DNA from: Octopus vulgaris
Lineage: Eukaryota
Assembly (NCBI GenBank): GCA_951406725.2
Contig: OX597814.1
Coordinates: 24,366,001 to 24,430,000, forward strand
DNA length: 64,000 bases
Direction: 5' to 3'
Part shown: piece by piece, positions 13,097 through 26,559 of the stretch
Numbering within the stretch: position 1 is the stretch's first letter
Layout of the letters: each line of letters begins with the position of its first letter
Program-made: the position numbers and the translations under genes
The notes under the pieces: generated by a model
What the model saw: only the letters and a program-made list of their open reading frames with translations
Database searches by the model: none
What the model was told of the DNA's origin: nothing

Positions 13097-13583
13097 AATG
13101 TGGTGGTCCCAGAGAAGATGATGTTACTGTTGTTTTTAGTCCTAGGAAGACATCTCCACCAGCTGGTTAACGACGCACTGTCTGTGTTCAACTAGTATTT
13201 GTGAGGGGAGGTCATCACTCATCTCTCTAGCCTTATGTGATACACACAGACCTGGATTTCTGGGTAGTTACTCATCTTCAGTTTGTGATAATCACCACCT
13301 AGTGATGAAAACTCATTCCACTTGCAAAATACTATGTGCTTTTTCCAACGACAAACTGTTGCGGATCTTGAAAAGGGAGAAATAGGGTACATTAAATCTC
13401 TGAGCAAGTGGTAAACAGCAACAGTACTGAATCATAAAATATATTTGCCAACTAAATGTGGCCGTCCCATAGAGGACGATGTTACTGTTGTTTCTAACCC
13501 CAGGAAGACTTCTCCTCCAGCTGTCCTGGGGCAAAAAACACAACAGTAACATTGTCCTCTAAGGGACTGCTACATTTAGTTGG

Positions 13584-13590
<7 letters not shown>
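13097..13590 (-). mobile_element. Penelope-like pseudo-LTR family P1: partial tandem plus inverted copy, hammerhead-bearing
   Basis: 13097-13290 and 13393-13523 are homologous to 36493-36745. 13439-13505 and 13524-13590 form an inverted repeat. Ends in (TA)n. Confidence 0.75.
13243..13287 (-). ncRNA. Minimal type I hammerhead ribozyme motif (diverged copy)
   Basis: Minus strand: cacaaa-CUGAAGA-ugagu aacu accca-GAAA-uccagg-UC-ugugug. One mismatch each in stems I and II. Confidence 0.7.
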
Positions 13591-13625
<35 letters not shown>

Positions 13626-13628
<3 letters not shown>

Positions 13629-13715
13629 CAGTTCAACTGGGGTCCGGGAAGCCAGTTGTACCGTCCAACCCATGCTAGCATGGAAAGCGGACGTTAACCG
13701 ATGTTGATGATGATA
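13626..13715 (+). mobile_element. RTE 3' terminal fragment in (TA)n
   Basis: ccgtccaacccatgctagcatggaaagcggacgttaa..gatgatgat. Confidence 0.85.
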
Positions 13716-14989
13716 TATATATATGTATATATATATGTATATATGTCTTTTGGTGCGAATGGTTTTTTTTATATATGGTGCCGAATTTACAATCCTGTAA
13801 ATAATAATAAAGGTATTTTTATATAAGTTTAAAGCTTATGGTGATCACTGTGCAATGACTATGGAAAATAGTCTAATAAAGGGGCATATAAGCCCTCGAC
13901 AGAAAAAAAGAAAGATTTCCTATCCGTGTGGGATATATACATACATATAAATTTGTGTGTATATAATAATAATATTAATAATAACAACAACAATAATAAT
14001 TCTAGGATGGAATTTATCCTACATTACACCAGTATAACCATGATGCAATCGCATTAAACTAACTCACTAGTCAGTATCATTAGATGGTAGTTGGCATAAT
14101 GAAATAGGAGCTTTATTTGCATACCATTAATGATACCATAAATGAGTTTAAAACATATGTGTGTATATATGTACATGCTAGCAATGCTTCAGCATAACCA
14201 CAGCTTTAGGGCTGAAATTTAAAAAAGAATACATATGCATGTATATTTATGACTTTTATATAAATCTACTTGTATTGTTTGATACTGAAATAGTTATGGT
14301 AGTCTACTCTACATGTCTTTATTTTAGAGAAGTTATTTGCCGACTAAAATAGGTTTTGATTTGTTGTTTTCTTCTCGTATCAAATATCAAATCGAAATTT
14401 TATTTGATGGGATTATTCACAATCACAGTATTTCTTCATATATAAATATACATATCTTTGAAGTATGGTTTCTTATCCTTTATATTAAATACTCCGTTTA
14501 CAGTGACAATAGTAATAGAAATTAGTGTTGTAACAATAGTGGTAGCAAAGTTAATGTTGTTATTATATATTTCATTTGAAACCTTAAATTGTTTACTTCC
14601 TTTTATTCAAATTCAAAAGAACTAATATGACAGAGAAACCTTGTATTGTACTGGATTAAATTGGATGATTGTTAACAATGTATTTCCATTCTAGGTCAAA
14701 CGTTATTAAATTTCATTTCATCTTTTATCCTCCCTTTCCAGACAATAAGACATGTGCTACTGCCATATTTAAATAAATCGCCAAAATATTTTGCTATGGT
14801 TATGTAAAATATATTCAACATTCATTAGACATTAACTAAAAACACATAATTTTCTTTTTATCTCATACCCATTGAGTATTTCTGGGGTTAGTGAGAAAGC
14901 AAATATAGCCTCTAAAATAGCAGTCCAAAATTATTTAAGGAAGTCATTTAAGAGAATCTGATTTCATTTTAACCCATACTGTCATTTAA

Positions 14990-15165
14990 CCCTTAAGCAT
15001 TCAGATTTATTTGTCAAATGTAAAGCTTATTTATTCCTCATTGTTTTTGAATTAATCATGCATGTGGTTATCTTTTTATTAGAATGACATTAAGTGGTGG
15101 GTGTGAACATAAAACAGGTAGAATACTTTGGCCCAATATGACCTGTTTAAATGTCAAAGGAAGGG
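14990..15165. mobile_element. piggyBac-like MITE
   Basis: TTAA|CCCTT ... AAGGG|TTAA. Confidence 0.7.
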
Positions 15166-15233
15166 TTAAATTATCTTATATCTATTCTCTTTCAATGTTG
15201 TCATTCATCTAGGAGCAACAACTTATGATGAAG

Positions 15234-15535
15234 TGGAAGCACATGGCCTAGTGGTTAGAGCAGCAGACTCGCGGTTGAGGGATTGTGGGTTCGAATCTCA
15301 AACCAGGCGATGTGTGTGTTTATGAGTGAAACACCTAAGCTCCATGCGGCTCTGGCAGAAAATAATGGCCAACTTCTGCTGATTCTTTCGCCACAGCTTT
15401 CTCTCACACTTTCCTCCTTCATCTTGCAGTTCACCTGCAACAGACTGGCGTCCCATCAAGGTGGGGAACCTATATGCCAAGGAAACTGGGAAACCTGGCC
15501 CCTGAGCCAGGCATGGCTCGAGAAGGAACAAACAA
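15234..15535 (+). mobile_element. tRNA-derived SINE family C
   Basis: TGGCCTAGTGGTTAG A-box and GGTTCGAATC B-box. The head is shared with 49339; the 3' halves differ. Confidence 0.85.
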
Positions 15536-16674
15536 CAACTTATGATGCTTTTTCAGCCTATTTATAGGATGGGGATTTACATTCATTGTAGCTGCATTTG
15601 GCATTTGCTTGTAATTCTGTGTAGGATATTTCATTCTAAATGAAGGCCTAATAAGATCTAATAAGGCTAAGCTATTAGAAAAGTCCCTAATATACTTCCC
15701 AAAGATTAGATTCCTCCCCACTGTGTGGTTTTCAATTGATTATTTATAAATTTGAATTTCAGAGTTTTCTTCAATGTCTTACATCATTGTTTTCTCATCA
15801 TCATTGTCATCATTGTTGACACACAGTACTGCAGCAACCATTACTTAATATGTACACATTCCATGCTGACATAGGTTAAATAGTTCAACGCAGGCTGAGT
15901 CGTTATTATTTAGCCCCATTGCTCTCAAAGAGGAGTAGAAGGACCATAGAAGGATATTAATGACAAAGTTTTCCCTACTTGATTAAAGCAATCATTAAGT
16001 CTAACGATGTTTTCATTTTGGATTTTAAATTGTGTTTTAATTCACCACATTATAAATGTTAGCCCTCACTTGACCATCCTGTATAGTTTGATTTCATACA
16101 ATATTGAAGGAATAAGTATAAGATCTTTTAAAAACGTTATCACCAATAGACAAACCATCTCCTTAGGAGCCATTTTTGTCTTCCGTTTGCTTCTTCCTGC
16201 TTAAGCTGCTTTGAAGCATCAGTTTTAAGATTTCTTATTGTTCTGGTATTTGCAGAGAGATGACAAGCAAAGTAGATATCCATGTGATTTGAATTTAAAA
16301 CTATACTAGTATCTGTGAATTTGGTTGCAGATTCACAATGAAAATAAATCACTGTGTAAAAGTATTACTTTAAATTTAGAAACACACACACACACACGTA
16401 AGTAAGTAAGTAAAGTTAATTGCCACAGCAGTATGGCTGTTTATGGTTACTATTATTTTAACCACAGGCAGATCTTCCACCAGATGGATATAGGTGCAGT
16501 ATTGCACCCTGTCCATATACATATTGCCAGCAGGAGAGTGAATCCTAGTCATCCTCTAGCAGACAACAGGATCATGTGACCAATTCAGTTTTGAGCCAGT
16601 TTGCCTGTCCTCAGTCAAGAACACCTGGTCAACAGAAATATAATATATAGAGAGATGTGTGTGTGTATTGTTGA

Positions 16675-16975
16675 AGATGCATGAGTAAGTGGTTAGATAG
16701 TCAGCTGAAGATTGTAAGGTCATGAGTTCAATACCTGGTGGCAGATCGTACCACTGATCAATACACTTTATTTCATGTTGCTCTAGTCCACTCAGCAGGC
16801 AAAAGTGAGTAGTGCCTGAATTTCGAAGGGAGAGCCTTGTCAAAGACTGTGTCAACTACATTGAGGGTACACATGTCTGTAGAGTGTTTAGCCATTTGCA
16901 TATTAAATTCACAAGCAGGTTGTGCTGTTGATTGAATCAATTGGAGCCCTCGTTGTAACCTATGGAGTGACAGTT
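16675..16975 (+). mobile_element. tRNA-derived SINE family D, old
   Basis: AGTGGTTAG..GAGTTCAATACC..cactttatttcatgttgctc. Related pieces at 20405-20500 (-), 21990-22110 (-) and 48160-48300 (+). Confidence 0.6.
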
Positions 16976-19900
16976 TCTTATATATTTATGTATGTATGTA
17001 TGTCATTCAGTTTTATTGCTGATAGAAAAAGGGCTACTTTCTAACATAGATCCTTCATTGGAATTTCAACATCAAGAATATTTTTGTATGTATATATGTA
17101 TATATACATGCAGATTTGTATGTTTTGCTTCTCTTGCATGTACTTGCATATCTAGATATGCTCACATATACTTAAATGATAAACTTTTGGAAAGTTTTAC
17201 AGATTTTTACAGTTCCAGTGCTTGGATTTGTAGTCTTTGAATCAGCTTTCTCTTCTTGGTTTTGAGAAGCCTAATTTCTCAAGATTGGTATTTAGGCAGT
17301 ATGTTACATATCCCAGTGCCTCAGTATGTATGTATTAGTTAGTTAGTAATAGTTACTATTAGACTACAATTTATTACCTTAAATTTTACTGTTATTCACA
17401 ATGTATTCACCCACCTACATTAAGAATCCTATTCAGACCTCTGCCTGTTTTGCCATCGTAAATATCAAAATTAAACGCTAATAAAATATAATTTCATTGG
17501 AATGTCTCTTGTTTTTAATTCCAACCATTCAAAATTCTGTGTCATTTTTTTATTTCTCAGAATACAATTTATGATTCCTTTTGTGAAAAAGTTTTTAAAA
17601 AATAAATAAAAATGCAAAATAAATGAATAAAGCAAACAAAATATATTTATTATTATTATTTTATTTCTTTACTGATTTTTTTTCTTTTTTGCATTCCAGT
17701 ATTTAGCATTTATAGTATTTAATTTGCAATTAATATCTTGATGATTCAACCTTCATCTAAGAATTAATTTATTGTAGTTCTTCTGTGGAATTTTAATTTC
17801 AGTTCCTAAAACTAATGGCTTGTCAAGATGTATTGATTCTTTTACAATTTCCAATATGATCCTCGGCAATCCATAAAGAATGATTTGCGAAGTTAAATGA
17901 AACTATTTCAGTTGATACTTGTTGATTAAGCAACATTATAAAGTTTCCTCTTTATTGAAAAGAGAATTAGATATAATCTAATCATATGAGTTTAGTTGGT
18001 GGAAAGATATTGATTAACAAATTTCATTACATTTTATCTATTCTCAGATGAAGCTTTTAACGGAATAATAATCTTAGTTGTTTCAACATAAAATAATGTT
18101 TCTTGCAATTTGTTAGCAAACACATACACTGGCACTCATACTTACTGATACATATATATACTCACTGGCACTTATACATACTAAGACACGTACACACACT
18201 GATGCATACATTTGTGTGCACACACATATACTGACAAACACAGTGACACAAACAAGCACACAACTTTGAGCACATATACGTACATATGTGTATATACACA
18301 CACACCTTGATATACACGCACAAATACTGACACACACACAATTGCACATATACACACAGTGGACACAGATATTTGCACACACACACACACACACGCACAC
18401 ATACAAGCACATATATGCACATGAAGACACATATATACACACATCATTTAATAAATAACTGTTAAGGGCATATTGCATTACCAGACTACATTTGCAGGGT
18501 GTTTCTCTGAATTCTTACAACACATCTAAACCGATAAGAATTGTTATTTTTCCCATTTCTATTTTCAACACAGCTCAAGACCAAATTTGTTATTTTAGTC
18601 TAGAGTACATTGTGAAGTCAATTATATTTACCTGAAAGGATTCCTTCTATCAATATCACAGATTTCTCTTAATTTCATGTGGCTTTCCCTTTTAGAAGCA
18701 ACTAGTTCTTGATGTATTTCAGCCTCTGCAACACATGGTATCCTCCATCTTTCTGTGTTTATCAAATTAAGATAATAACATTCCTTGCTTTCCCTCTATT
18801 TTTTAGTAGCACTTTTCCTATTCTAATTTCCAAACTTAATACCTCACTCTACTTAATTACATATCTTAAAGTAGATCCATTATCGATGATAAAGCTTCAA
18901 TTATTTATTTTGTTTAAAGACATTTTGCTTAACTTCATTACTTAGTAAACGTTCATTAATATTTTTATATTTTGCTATTTTTCCATCTCTATGCACTTTA
19001 TAACTAAAACATAAGAATCTATACTTAATTATTATGTCTATGAAAGGACATACCTGATATATGCTGTGACTGTAAATGGCTTTACTTATTGTCAATGCTC
19101 ATTAATTTAAAATAACAGCTTTTCTCAAAGCATTTAGAAGACTTTCTCTTAGTTTTATTATACTACATTTCTATTCTGATATTTCAATGTTAGTTTGTTT
19201 TAGAGGCTATTAGACAAATTTATAAATGTGTTATTCAGCATCTGAATGCTCTTTTAAATACTTACATTATAAATTACTGTGATACTTATTTTTCATCTTA
19301 GATTACAGTGTGAGGAGTAAACATTGTTTTTGGCACCACAACACAGACACAGCTGCGTGGTTAAGAATATTGAAGATTGACTTGTGGTCACATAGTAGCG
19401 AGTTCAATCGGTTTGCATGGCACTTTGAGTATCTTCAACTGTAGATCTGGTTGGCTAATGCCTTTATATGTGAGTATATGTGTAAGTGTGTAGGCATGTA
19501 TATATGTTCGTGTTTGTGTATACCTGCATAGAAAATGGTACATGGAATTGCATCTCTTTATCGCAAATGGTAAATTAGCCATTTGACAAAGGTTGATAAA
19601 ACACCTACCACTCTAAAATGAATGTCTGCATTAGTATAATCAATAGAAACCTTTGAAGGTTGTTTCCTAGTAAGACTTAAGAGTGAAATTAGAAAGTGTA
19701 AAAGTACAAATGGACCAGTACATTAGTCGTTTAGCAGCTCAAATTAAATCTATTTCTTTCTTGGCAACATTATTTTGTTGTCGTCATTGTCGTCGTTGTT
19801 GTTGTTGTTGTCATCACTGTCATCGTCATAGTTGTCATCATCATCCTTATCATCATCATCATCATCATCATTTAACATCCATCTTCCATGTTATGAGCAT

Positions 19901-20854
19901 GGATTAGGTGATTGCACAAGATTCAGTGAGTCAGATGACTGGCTTGAGCTCTATTTTCTATATTTTCTACAGCCAGATGCCTTTCCTAATACCAGTCCCT
20001 TTACAAAATGTACTGGGTGGTGTTTTTTTTTTTCATGGTACTGGAAACTAGTGAAGCCACTGTATAACTTAGAAGACTGAAAATACCCCTCAACTGAGTG
20101 AAAGTGTAGTATATAAGGGTGGGTGAGAATAAGTGGAAAGAGAAATAAAGATAGTGGTGTCAAGGTGTCAGGACATATCCTCAAAGTTAGGTTTTCCTGA
20201 AAATAATTGCTTAATTATGATAATGGACTCTGCTGTCGAAGATGATGCACGAGCGTTCAGCTTTTGCTGACCTACCTGCACAAATGATTTTTTTTTAAAT
20301 GATTGGATGTGTGTACCATACAGTATCTCACTTCCACCATCAAATCGACATTGCCAGAAGAGGTGCAATGTACCATGTGTCAAAATGATCACAGTGTATT
20401 GTGAGATGAAGTGTTTAGCTCAAGAACATGATGTACCACTTGGTCTAGGAATTGAAACCATGATTTCGTGATCAAGCGTGTAATGCCCTAACCACTATGA
20501 TGTAACATCTTAACTATCCTCATAATTATAATAGTAATCAGTTAAAAGCTAAAACAAAACTTCAAAGCTACTTCAACCATATTACTTATAAAGATTCTTA
20601 GAAGTACTTATTAATTTTCAAATTATCAGTCAGTCATTCACCTCCATTATAATGTATTCTTCTTAAAACAGATGAAATGTTTATTTTTATTATCCTCAAT
20701 GCTATAATGATGAGTATTATGATGACTGTGTCAGTATATTTCAGACTTTTAGATACAGTTTATTATACATAATTACATTGATGCTGTATATGTTAGTTAT
20801 ACTGTTACGCTTACACATTTAGGTTGTATATCTCTTACATATGTTTATTCATAA

Positions 20855-20900
20855 CTAGCAGAGATACCCGGCATTGTTTGGGATAAAAATGGCATAGTTT
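20855..20900 (-). mobile_element. Helitron-like 3' terminus
   Basis: The minus strand ends in a GC-rich imperfect hairpin (CCCAAAC-aat-GCCGGG), then 9 nt, then CTAG|T. Confidence 0.5.
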
Positions 20901-20904
20901 TTTT

Positions 20905-21095
20905 TATTGTTTTACTTGTTTTGGTCATGTGACTGCGGCCATGCTGGAGCACCGCTTTCAGTCAAAGAAATCAACCTCAGGATTTATTATTTGTAAGCCT
21001 AGTACTTATTCTCTTGGTGTGTTTTGTCAAACAGCTAAGTTACGTAACCGTAGCAACATCGGTTGTCAAGCAATGGTAGGGGAACAGACAGACAG
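20905..21095 (-). mobile_element. SINE family A, 3' half
   Basis: gactgcggccatgctggagcaccgc...ggttgtcaagcaatg. Confidence 0.85.
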
Positions 21096-21259
21096 ATATA
21101 CACACACACACACATATGCATATATATATATATATATATATATACATACACACACACACATACATATATATATACACATACATATATATATACATACATA
21201 TATGCATGTATATATATATATGTGTGTGTGTATGTGTATATATATATATATATATATAA

Positions 21260-21625
21260 AAAGGAATACAAAAATGGGACAAGAACACAAAACACCCAGA
21301 CAGCTAGATAATACAAAAAAGGGACAAGAAAAAATACGGACCAGTCATTTGAAGTTTTCTTTTTTCAGTCGAGTTCCAGATTATCTTTGCAATTTCGGCT
21401 GGTTATACTCGAGATTGATTCAATCTGGCCAGCCTCAAGGAAAAACTAAGCTAAGAGCACTAGATTACTTAGAAGAAAGCAGTGAATGTATATGAAAATA
21501 AGGATGGAAAAAAAAATGGAGAAATGGTACATAAATGCAAGTAACAGGACATAACAAGAGGTGTCTTTCGACTAAGGACAAATAAAATTAAGCTGGCATA
21601 TGTGGAAGTGAAGCTTTATGGTAAA
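21260..21625. repeat. Unclassified insert next to (TA)n, possibly a Penelope-like terminal repeat
   Basis: Distinct composition with a nested hairpin GGCTGG..AGATTGAtTCAATCT..CCAGCC. Single copy in the window. Confidence 0.3.
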
Positions 21626-22124
21626 CCATTATCGGTAAACTTATACATAACATTTTATAATTATGAGTATAATTATTATTATGCTGTCTGGGAGATTTTC
21701 TTATGGTAGTGAAATAGTTAGCTTTAACTGCTATTTCTAAATTTTGGTATGTGGTGAAGCAAATTTTTGCTGAACCCTAATTATAATTATACTCATAATT
21801 ATAAAATTTTATGTATGTATATCACAGACTCTCCCATCATTAGACGATATATGAGGTTTCAGCAATTTCGTACTGAACCACCACACAGAGGATTTGTTTA
21901 TGGTGATCAAATATTTGTACTCCCTCCATCGAATCAACATTATCTGTACTGGTGCATCATCTGCCACATGTCAGATGATTAAATTACCACAGGGCTATGT
22001 GAAATGAAATGCTTTGCTCAAGAACACAATGCGACACCCGGTCTGGGAATCAAAATCATGATTATACAATCGTGAGTGCAACACCCTAACCACTAAGCCA
22101 TGTGCCTTCCTTCACAGGTGCATA

Positions 22125-22160
22125 TATATTTATATATATACATACATACACACATACATA

Positions 22161-22207
<47 letters not shown>

Positions 22208-22241
22208 CATACACACACACACATATATATACATGTATATA

Positions 22242-22316
<75 letters not shown>

Positions 22317-22345
22317 AGAGAGAGAGAATAAGATGGATAGATAGA
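22125..22345. repeat. Compound (TA)/(CA)/(TG)/(GA) microsatellite
   Basis: Direct reading. Confidence 0.97.
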
Positions 22346-24919
22346 TAATTCAATAAAAAAGTACAAGTCTTAAATAAGCAGTGAGGTCGAAATGATTGAC
22401 CCAAAGCTAACATAGCCACAATCCATAGGCTGAAAGCAATGAAGGTATTAAGCCTTCATTTTTTGATTAGTCTGAATAGATACAAAAAAAAAATTATGTA
22501 ATGAGAATATTCAAGAAATACTCCATAGATGTATTTTTCTTTTTACAACATCTGCATTTCCTTCTTATCTAACATTTTCTTTCTTATTTTTTTTTCCATG
22601 AATGCATAAAACAATGATTTATTTGGCAGATCTAATGCAAACTTCCAATAAGGTTGCAAACTGTTTCCAATTTCAAGTTATGGTTATCTTATAACAGCAT
22701 TTGGTCGTGGAAGGCCCTGTGAAAGATCTGGCTTGGTCTCATCTACCAGAGCAAACCAATGTAAATGAACAGATAAAAGTATTATCACTATTATTCTTGA
22801 GAAAGGCATGAACATTACATAACATCAGTGACTGACTGCTAATGTTAAATTTGAGGCTTTTTGTTTATTCCTGAAATCAATATCTGTGTAAGCTGGCCTT
22901 GCATACGTCTATCGAAATATCTCAGAGTAAATCTATTCAACCTGATAATTAGCATTAGTTAAATTGACATTAGTTAAATTGACATTACCAAGAAGATTGA
23001 TTATATATATTCAGGTGTCAGTGGACATTGTAAATTTCTCACCACGTTTTTTTTTTTGGGTTTTTTTTCACAGCTTGATTTCTATAATGTACAAGAAGTT
23101 ACTATTAACAGAGTCTATCCACTTGATAAAACACAAGATTGAAAAGTTCTTTTCACAAAGGAAAACCTTTTCCAAGCTGATTATAGCCAGAATTCAGATA
23201 AGAACATTTCCAGCTTGGCTTCATTTAACATATATGAATGAAGAGAAAACAAGACTACACAGTCATATTGATAACCTCCACAATGATTTGACAAGTGTTA
23301 GGAAATATAATTTTTCTCAGCTAGAAATTGGTGCCATTACAAAAGAAGCCTAATATTCTCTTGCTGATATTTGTTTCTGAAATTTATGATGTATTGTAAT
23401 GGCATAAGTTTGATGTGCATCACAGCAGAAGGGCATTGAAACACAATGATATTTGTGTAATAACTAGATCTTTACTTCAGAATAGATAAATCACCATCAG
23501 TCTTTCCACAATGTAACAATGATAAGGAGGCTCTTATTCATCTTGTCCTTGTTGTTGTTAAGCATTTCTATACACTAGGGATGCCCTGGCTCTCCGGATG
23601 TTTTGCTTGTGTTGCAAATGCGTTACACAAGTTATTCTTTCTATAATTATTCAGTTACAAGCTATGATTTCCACGGCTGTCTGAATGTGAGAACAAAGCA
23701 GATACTCAATCATTTCAGTTTATAGGAAGTTGATCAGTGCAAACAACCAGCTTCTGTGCTTCTATTGATAAAGGCCAAAGTAGCAGATTAATCAGCTGTT
23801 TCATTATGAGTGCATAGATGTGAGACCAGCTTCAGACTATCTGGAAGAAGGCGGTAGTGATAAAATTGAATGAAAATTTGTAGATAAAGGATATATTTAT
23901 AAGATTAATGATATTTAATACGAGTTGTCTATATTATAAGACATCGTTTGATGCTTTATAGTTTGAATTTGTATCATGACCTAACAGTTCTTACCAAAAC
24001 AGTGGGCGAACTAAATCAGTAATATCAATGCTGACACTGCAATATAAATAAACAAACATGATATGAGTTAGTGTGTGTGTGTGTGTGTGTATTAGCTGAA
24101 TTTAGAATAACTAGTCATCAGCAAAAGTGATTTCAATAACGATCAAAAAATAATATGCTAATATGCCTCAAGAAGAAAATTCCATATCAGAACTTCTCAT
24201 CAGAAAACAAGTTGTATCTTAGTAGTATACATGAATAATAATCAGTACATCCATATATTGTTGCTATATCTGTCCAATTACCATAGTAATAAGTACTAGA
24301 CTGGACACCACATATACTTAAAATTGCTATTGCTTTTAATCTTTTAATTGCATCAGTGAAATTACGTCTTCTCAAATTAAATTAAAGAGATCTGTACTTT
24401 TATAGAATAATAAGAATAGCTTTGAATATAATAGAATTATTAAAGTTTTAGAAATTAGAATTTACTTGATTTCAGTTCACAGATAAATGTTGGCTGAGAA
24501 ACTAAGGTTCTGTAGTTCTGATTATAAATCAAAACCTTAACAGACATATATGTACATACATACAAACAAACAATAGGTAAGAGCTGGGTATGCTTAGTAT
24601 AGAAAACACGTAGGAGTGACCAAAAGAATTTCAACTTAAACTCTGAAATCTTCATCCAGAGCAAGGCCCATGTCATCAGGAATGACTACAAGAGAAATTC
24701 AAATTGAGCTGATATGGAGTTAGTAATAGAGATAAATACAGTTAGGTTTGATATAAATATATACCATGTATACTCGTGTAAAAGTCGAATTTTTAAAACC
24801 ATTTTTTAAAGTTCAAATTTATGGGGTCAACTATTACATGGATACTACTTTTGAGGGGTTGAAATTCAAGCTACACTTTGAAGTACTGTATCAGCAGCAG
24901 AAACCCAACTGATGATGAT

Positions 24920-25240
24920 GATACAAACTATTAAGAGATGAAATTGCATGAATGTGGGCAATGATGGAAGGAACTACCATCTTGGTAGTTGTAGGGACAC
25001 TGGTATCATTAACAACCAGGTTTGAGAAATTTGTTAGAGACCTTGGGATTGACATGAGGTAGTATATGCTCAGAAAACCGTTCTATTAAGGACAGTGAGA
25101 ATTTTGAGATTGGCACTTGGATGTCAAGTGTCATGGAAAGAGACCCTGTAAGACCTTTGGAAAAAGGTTTCTGTTCACACTTTGAAAATTAACCAGTGCA
25201 AGTGAAATCAAGATTTCAGAAGTGAAATAGAAATATGCAT
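24920..25240 (+). mobile_element. R4/Dong-like retrotransposon 3' fragment
   Basis: Translates YKLLRDEIA*MW...VVVGTLVSL...AQKTVLLRTVRILRLALG, homologous to the RLE C-terminus at 46202-46420. Confidence 0.7.
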
Positions 25241-25278
25241 GCAGCATAATCATGGTGATGTAGCACCCATCAACAAAT

Positions 25279-25678
25279 TACTCTTTTACTTGTTTCAGTC
25301 ATTTGACTGTGGCCATGCTGGAGCACCACCTTTAGTAGAGCAACTCGACCCCGGGACTTATTCTTTTGTAAGCCCAGTACTTATTCTATCGGTCTGTTTT
25401 GCCGAACCGCTAAGTAACGGGGACGTAAACACACCAGCATCGGTTGTCAAGCAATGCTAGGGGGACAAACACAGACACACACACATACTTATATATATAT
25501 ATACATACATATATACGACAGGCTTCTTTCAGTTTCCGTCTACCAAATCCACTCACAAGGCTTTGGTCAGCCCGAGGCTATAGTAGAAGATACTTGCCCA
25601 AGGTGCCACGCAGTGGGACTGAACCCGGGACCATGTGGTTGGTAAACAAGCTACTTACCACACAGCCACTCCTGCGCC
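25279..25678 (-). mobile_element. SINE family A, full length, young
   Basis: Complete from the GGCGCAGGAG head to the tail, with CpGs retained. Confidence 0.96.
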
Positions 25679-26062
25679 TAAATGTAGAGTGCTCACTACT
25701 AAATGGTGTTTTGATATAAGTACCACCATGCATTCCATTATAAGCACCAAGCATTCCACCTATAGAGAAGGCTACAGTAAGGTAGCTACACAATTTTGTG
25801 ACAGTGTTATTTTCTACATACAGGATAATAAAGCATCTTGACCCACAAATGTTGTCCTGTTGTTCATGAAATACTAGGGTCGACTTTTACATGAGATCAC
25901 CTATTACTTGTGTATATACAATATGTAAATATAGTTATATCAAGCTGTAACTGTGTTTATATCCATTACTACCTTTCTCTCTTTCTATCTCTTTACCTCT
26001 CTCTCTCACTCTCCCTCCCTCCCTCTCTGTATATAATATATATATATATACATATATATATA

Positions 26063-26428
26063 TAGGTGCGGTGTGGCTGTGTGGTAAGAAGCTTGTTTCC
26101 CAATCACATGGGAAGCAAGTAAAAGAATGAAAGTCTATATATATATTCTTTTATTTCTTTCAGTCATTTGACTGTGGCCATGCTGGAGCACTGCCTTTAG
26201 TTGAACAAATCAACCCCAGGACTTATTCTTTGTAAGCGTAGTACTTATTTTATCAGTCTCTTTTGCTGAACTGCTAATTTACACAGATGTAAACAGACCA
26301 ACATCGGTTGTCAAGTGGTGGTGGGGACAAACACACACATATATATACGATAGGCTTCTTTCAGTTTCTATCTACCACATCCACTCACAAGGCTTTGGTT
26401 GGCCTGAGGCTATAGTAGAAGACACTTG
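26063..26428. mobile_element. SINE family A: head-tail deletion derivative (+, 26063-26135) and 5'-truncated copy (-, 26146-26428)
   Basis: Sequence match to family A. Confidence 0.85.
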
Positions 26429-26429
26429 G

Positions 26430-26552
26430 AAAGGAATGTATTGTTTTTGAGGATGAGGCTGATCACAACCAGTATGAAGGTTACTGTAAATCTTATGGGG
26501 ATCACTTCTCTGTTTCTCAACCCAATATTTTATGGCAGTAATTCCCAAATAG
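26430..26552 (-). pseudogene. Penelope-like RT fragment (inverted)
   Basis: Minus strand LGITAIKYWVEK...(frameshift)...ISLILKNNTFLF, typical of the PLE RT region between motifs A and B. Confidence 0.6.
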
Positions 26553-26559
26553 CATACAA

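Larger units (their letters stand above)
24764..25921. mobile_element. pogo/Tigger-like DNA transposon remnant with nested insertions
   Basis: TA|CCATGTATACTCGTGTAAAAGTCG left end and CTATTACTTGTGTATATACAA|TA right end (CpG-decayed TIRs). Internal gggtcgactt(t)tacatg repeats lie near both ends. Confidence 0.6.

Noticed and set aside
21340-21445. Hammerhead-like GGCUGG..CCAGCC-GAAA-UUGCAA on the minus strand
   Set aside because: No CUGANGA core and no UH site at the required position; single copy.
22964-23353. 129-aa ORF
   Set aside because: TTG start, low-complexity T tract, no recognisable domain or splice support.
25444-25719. Recurrent ORFs (RLPNPLTRLWSARGYSRR / EAIVEDTCPRCHAVGL)
   Set aside because: Antisense translations of SINE A copies, not a gene family.
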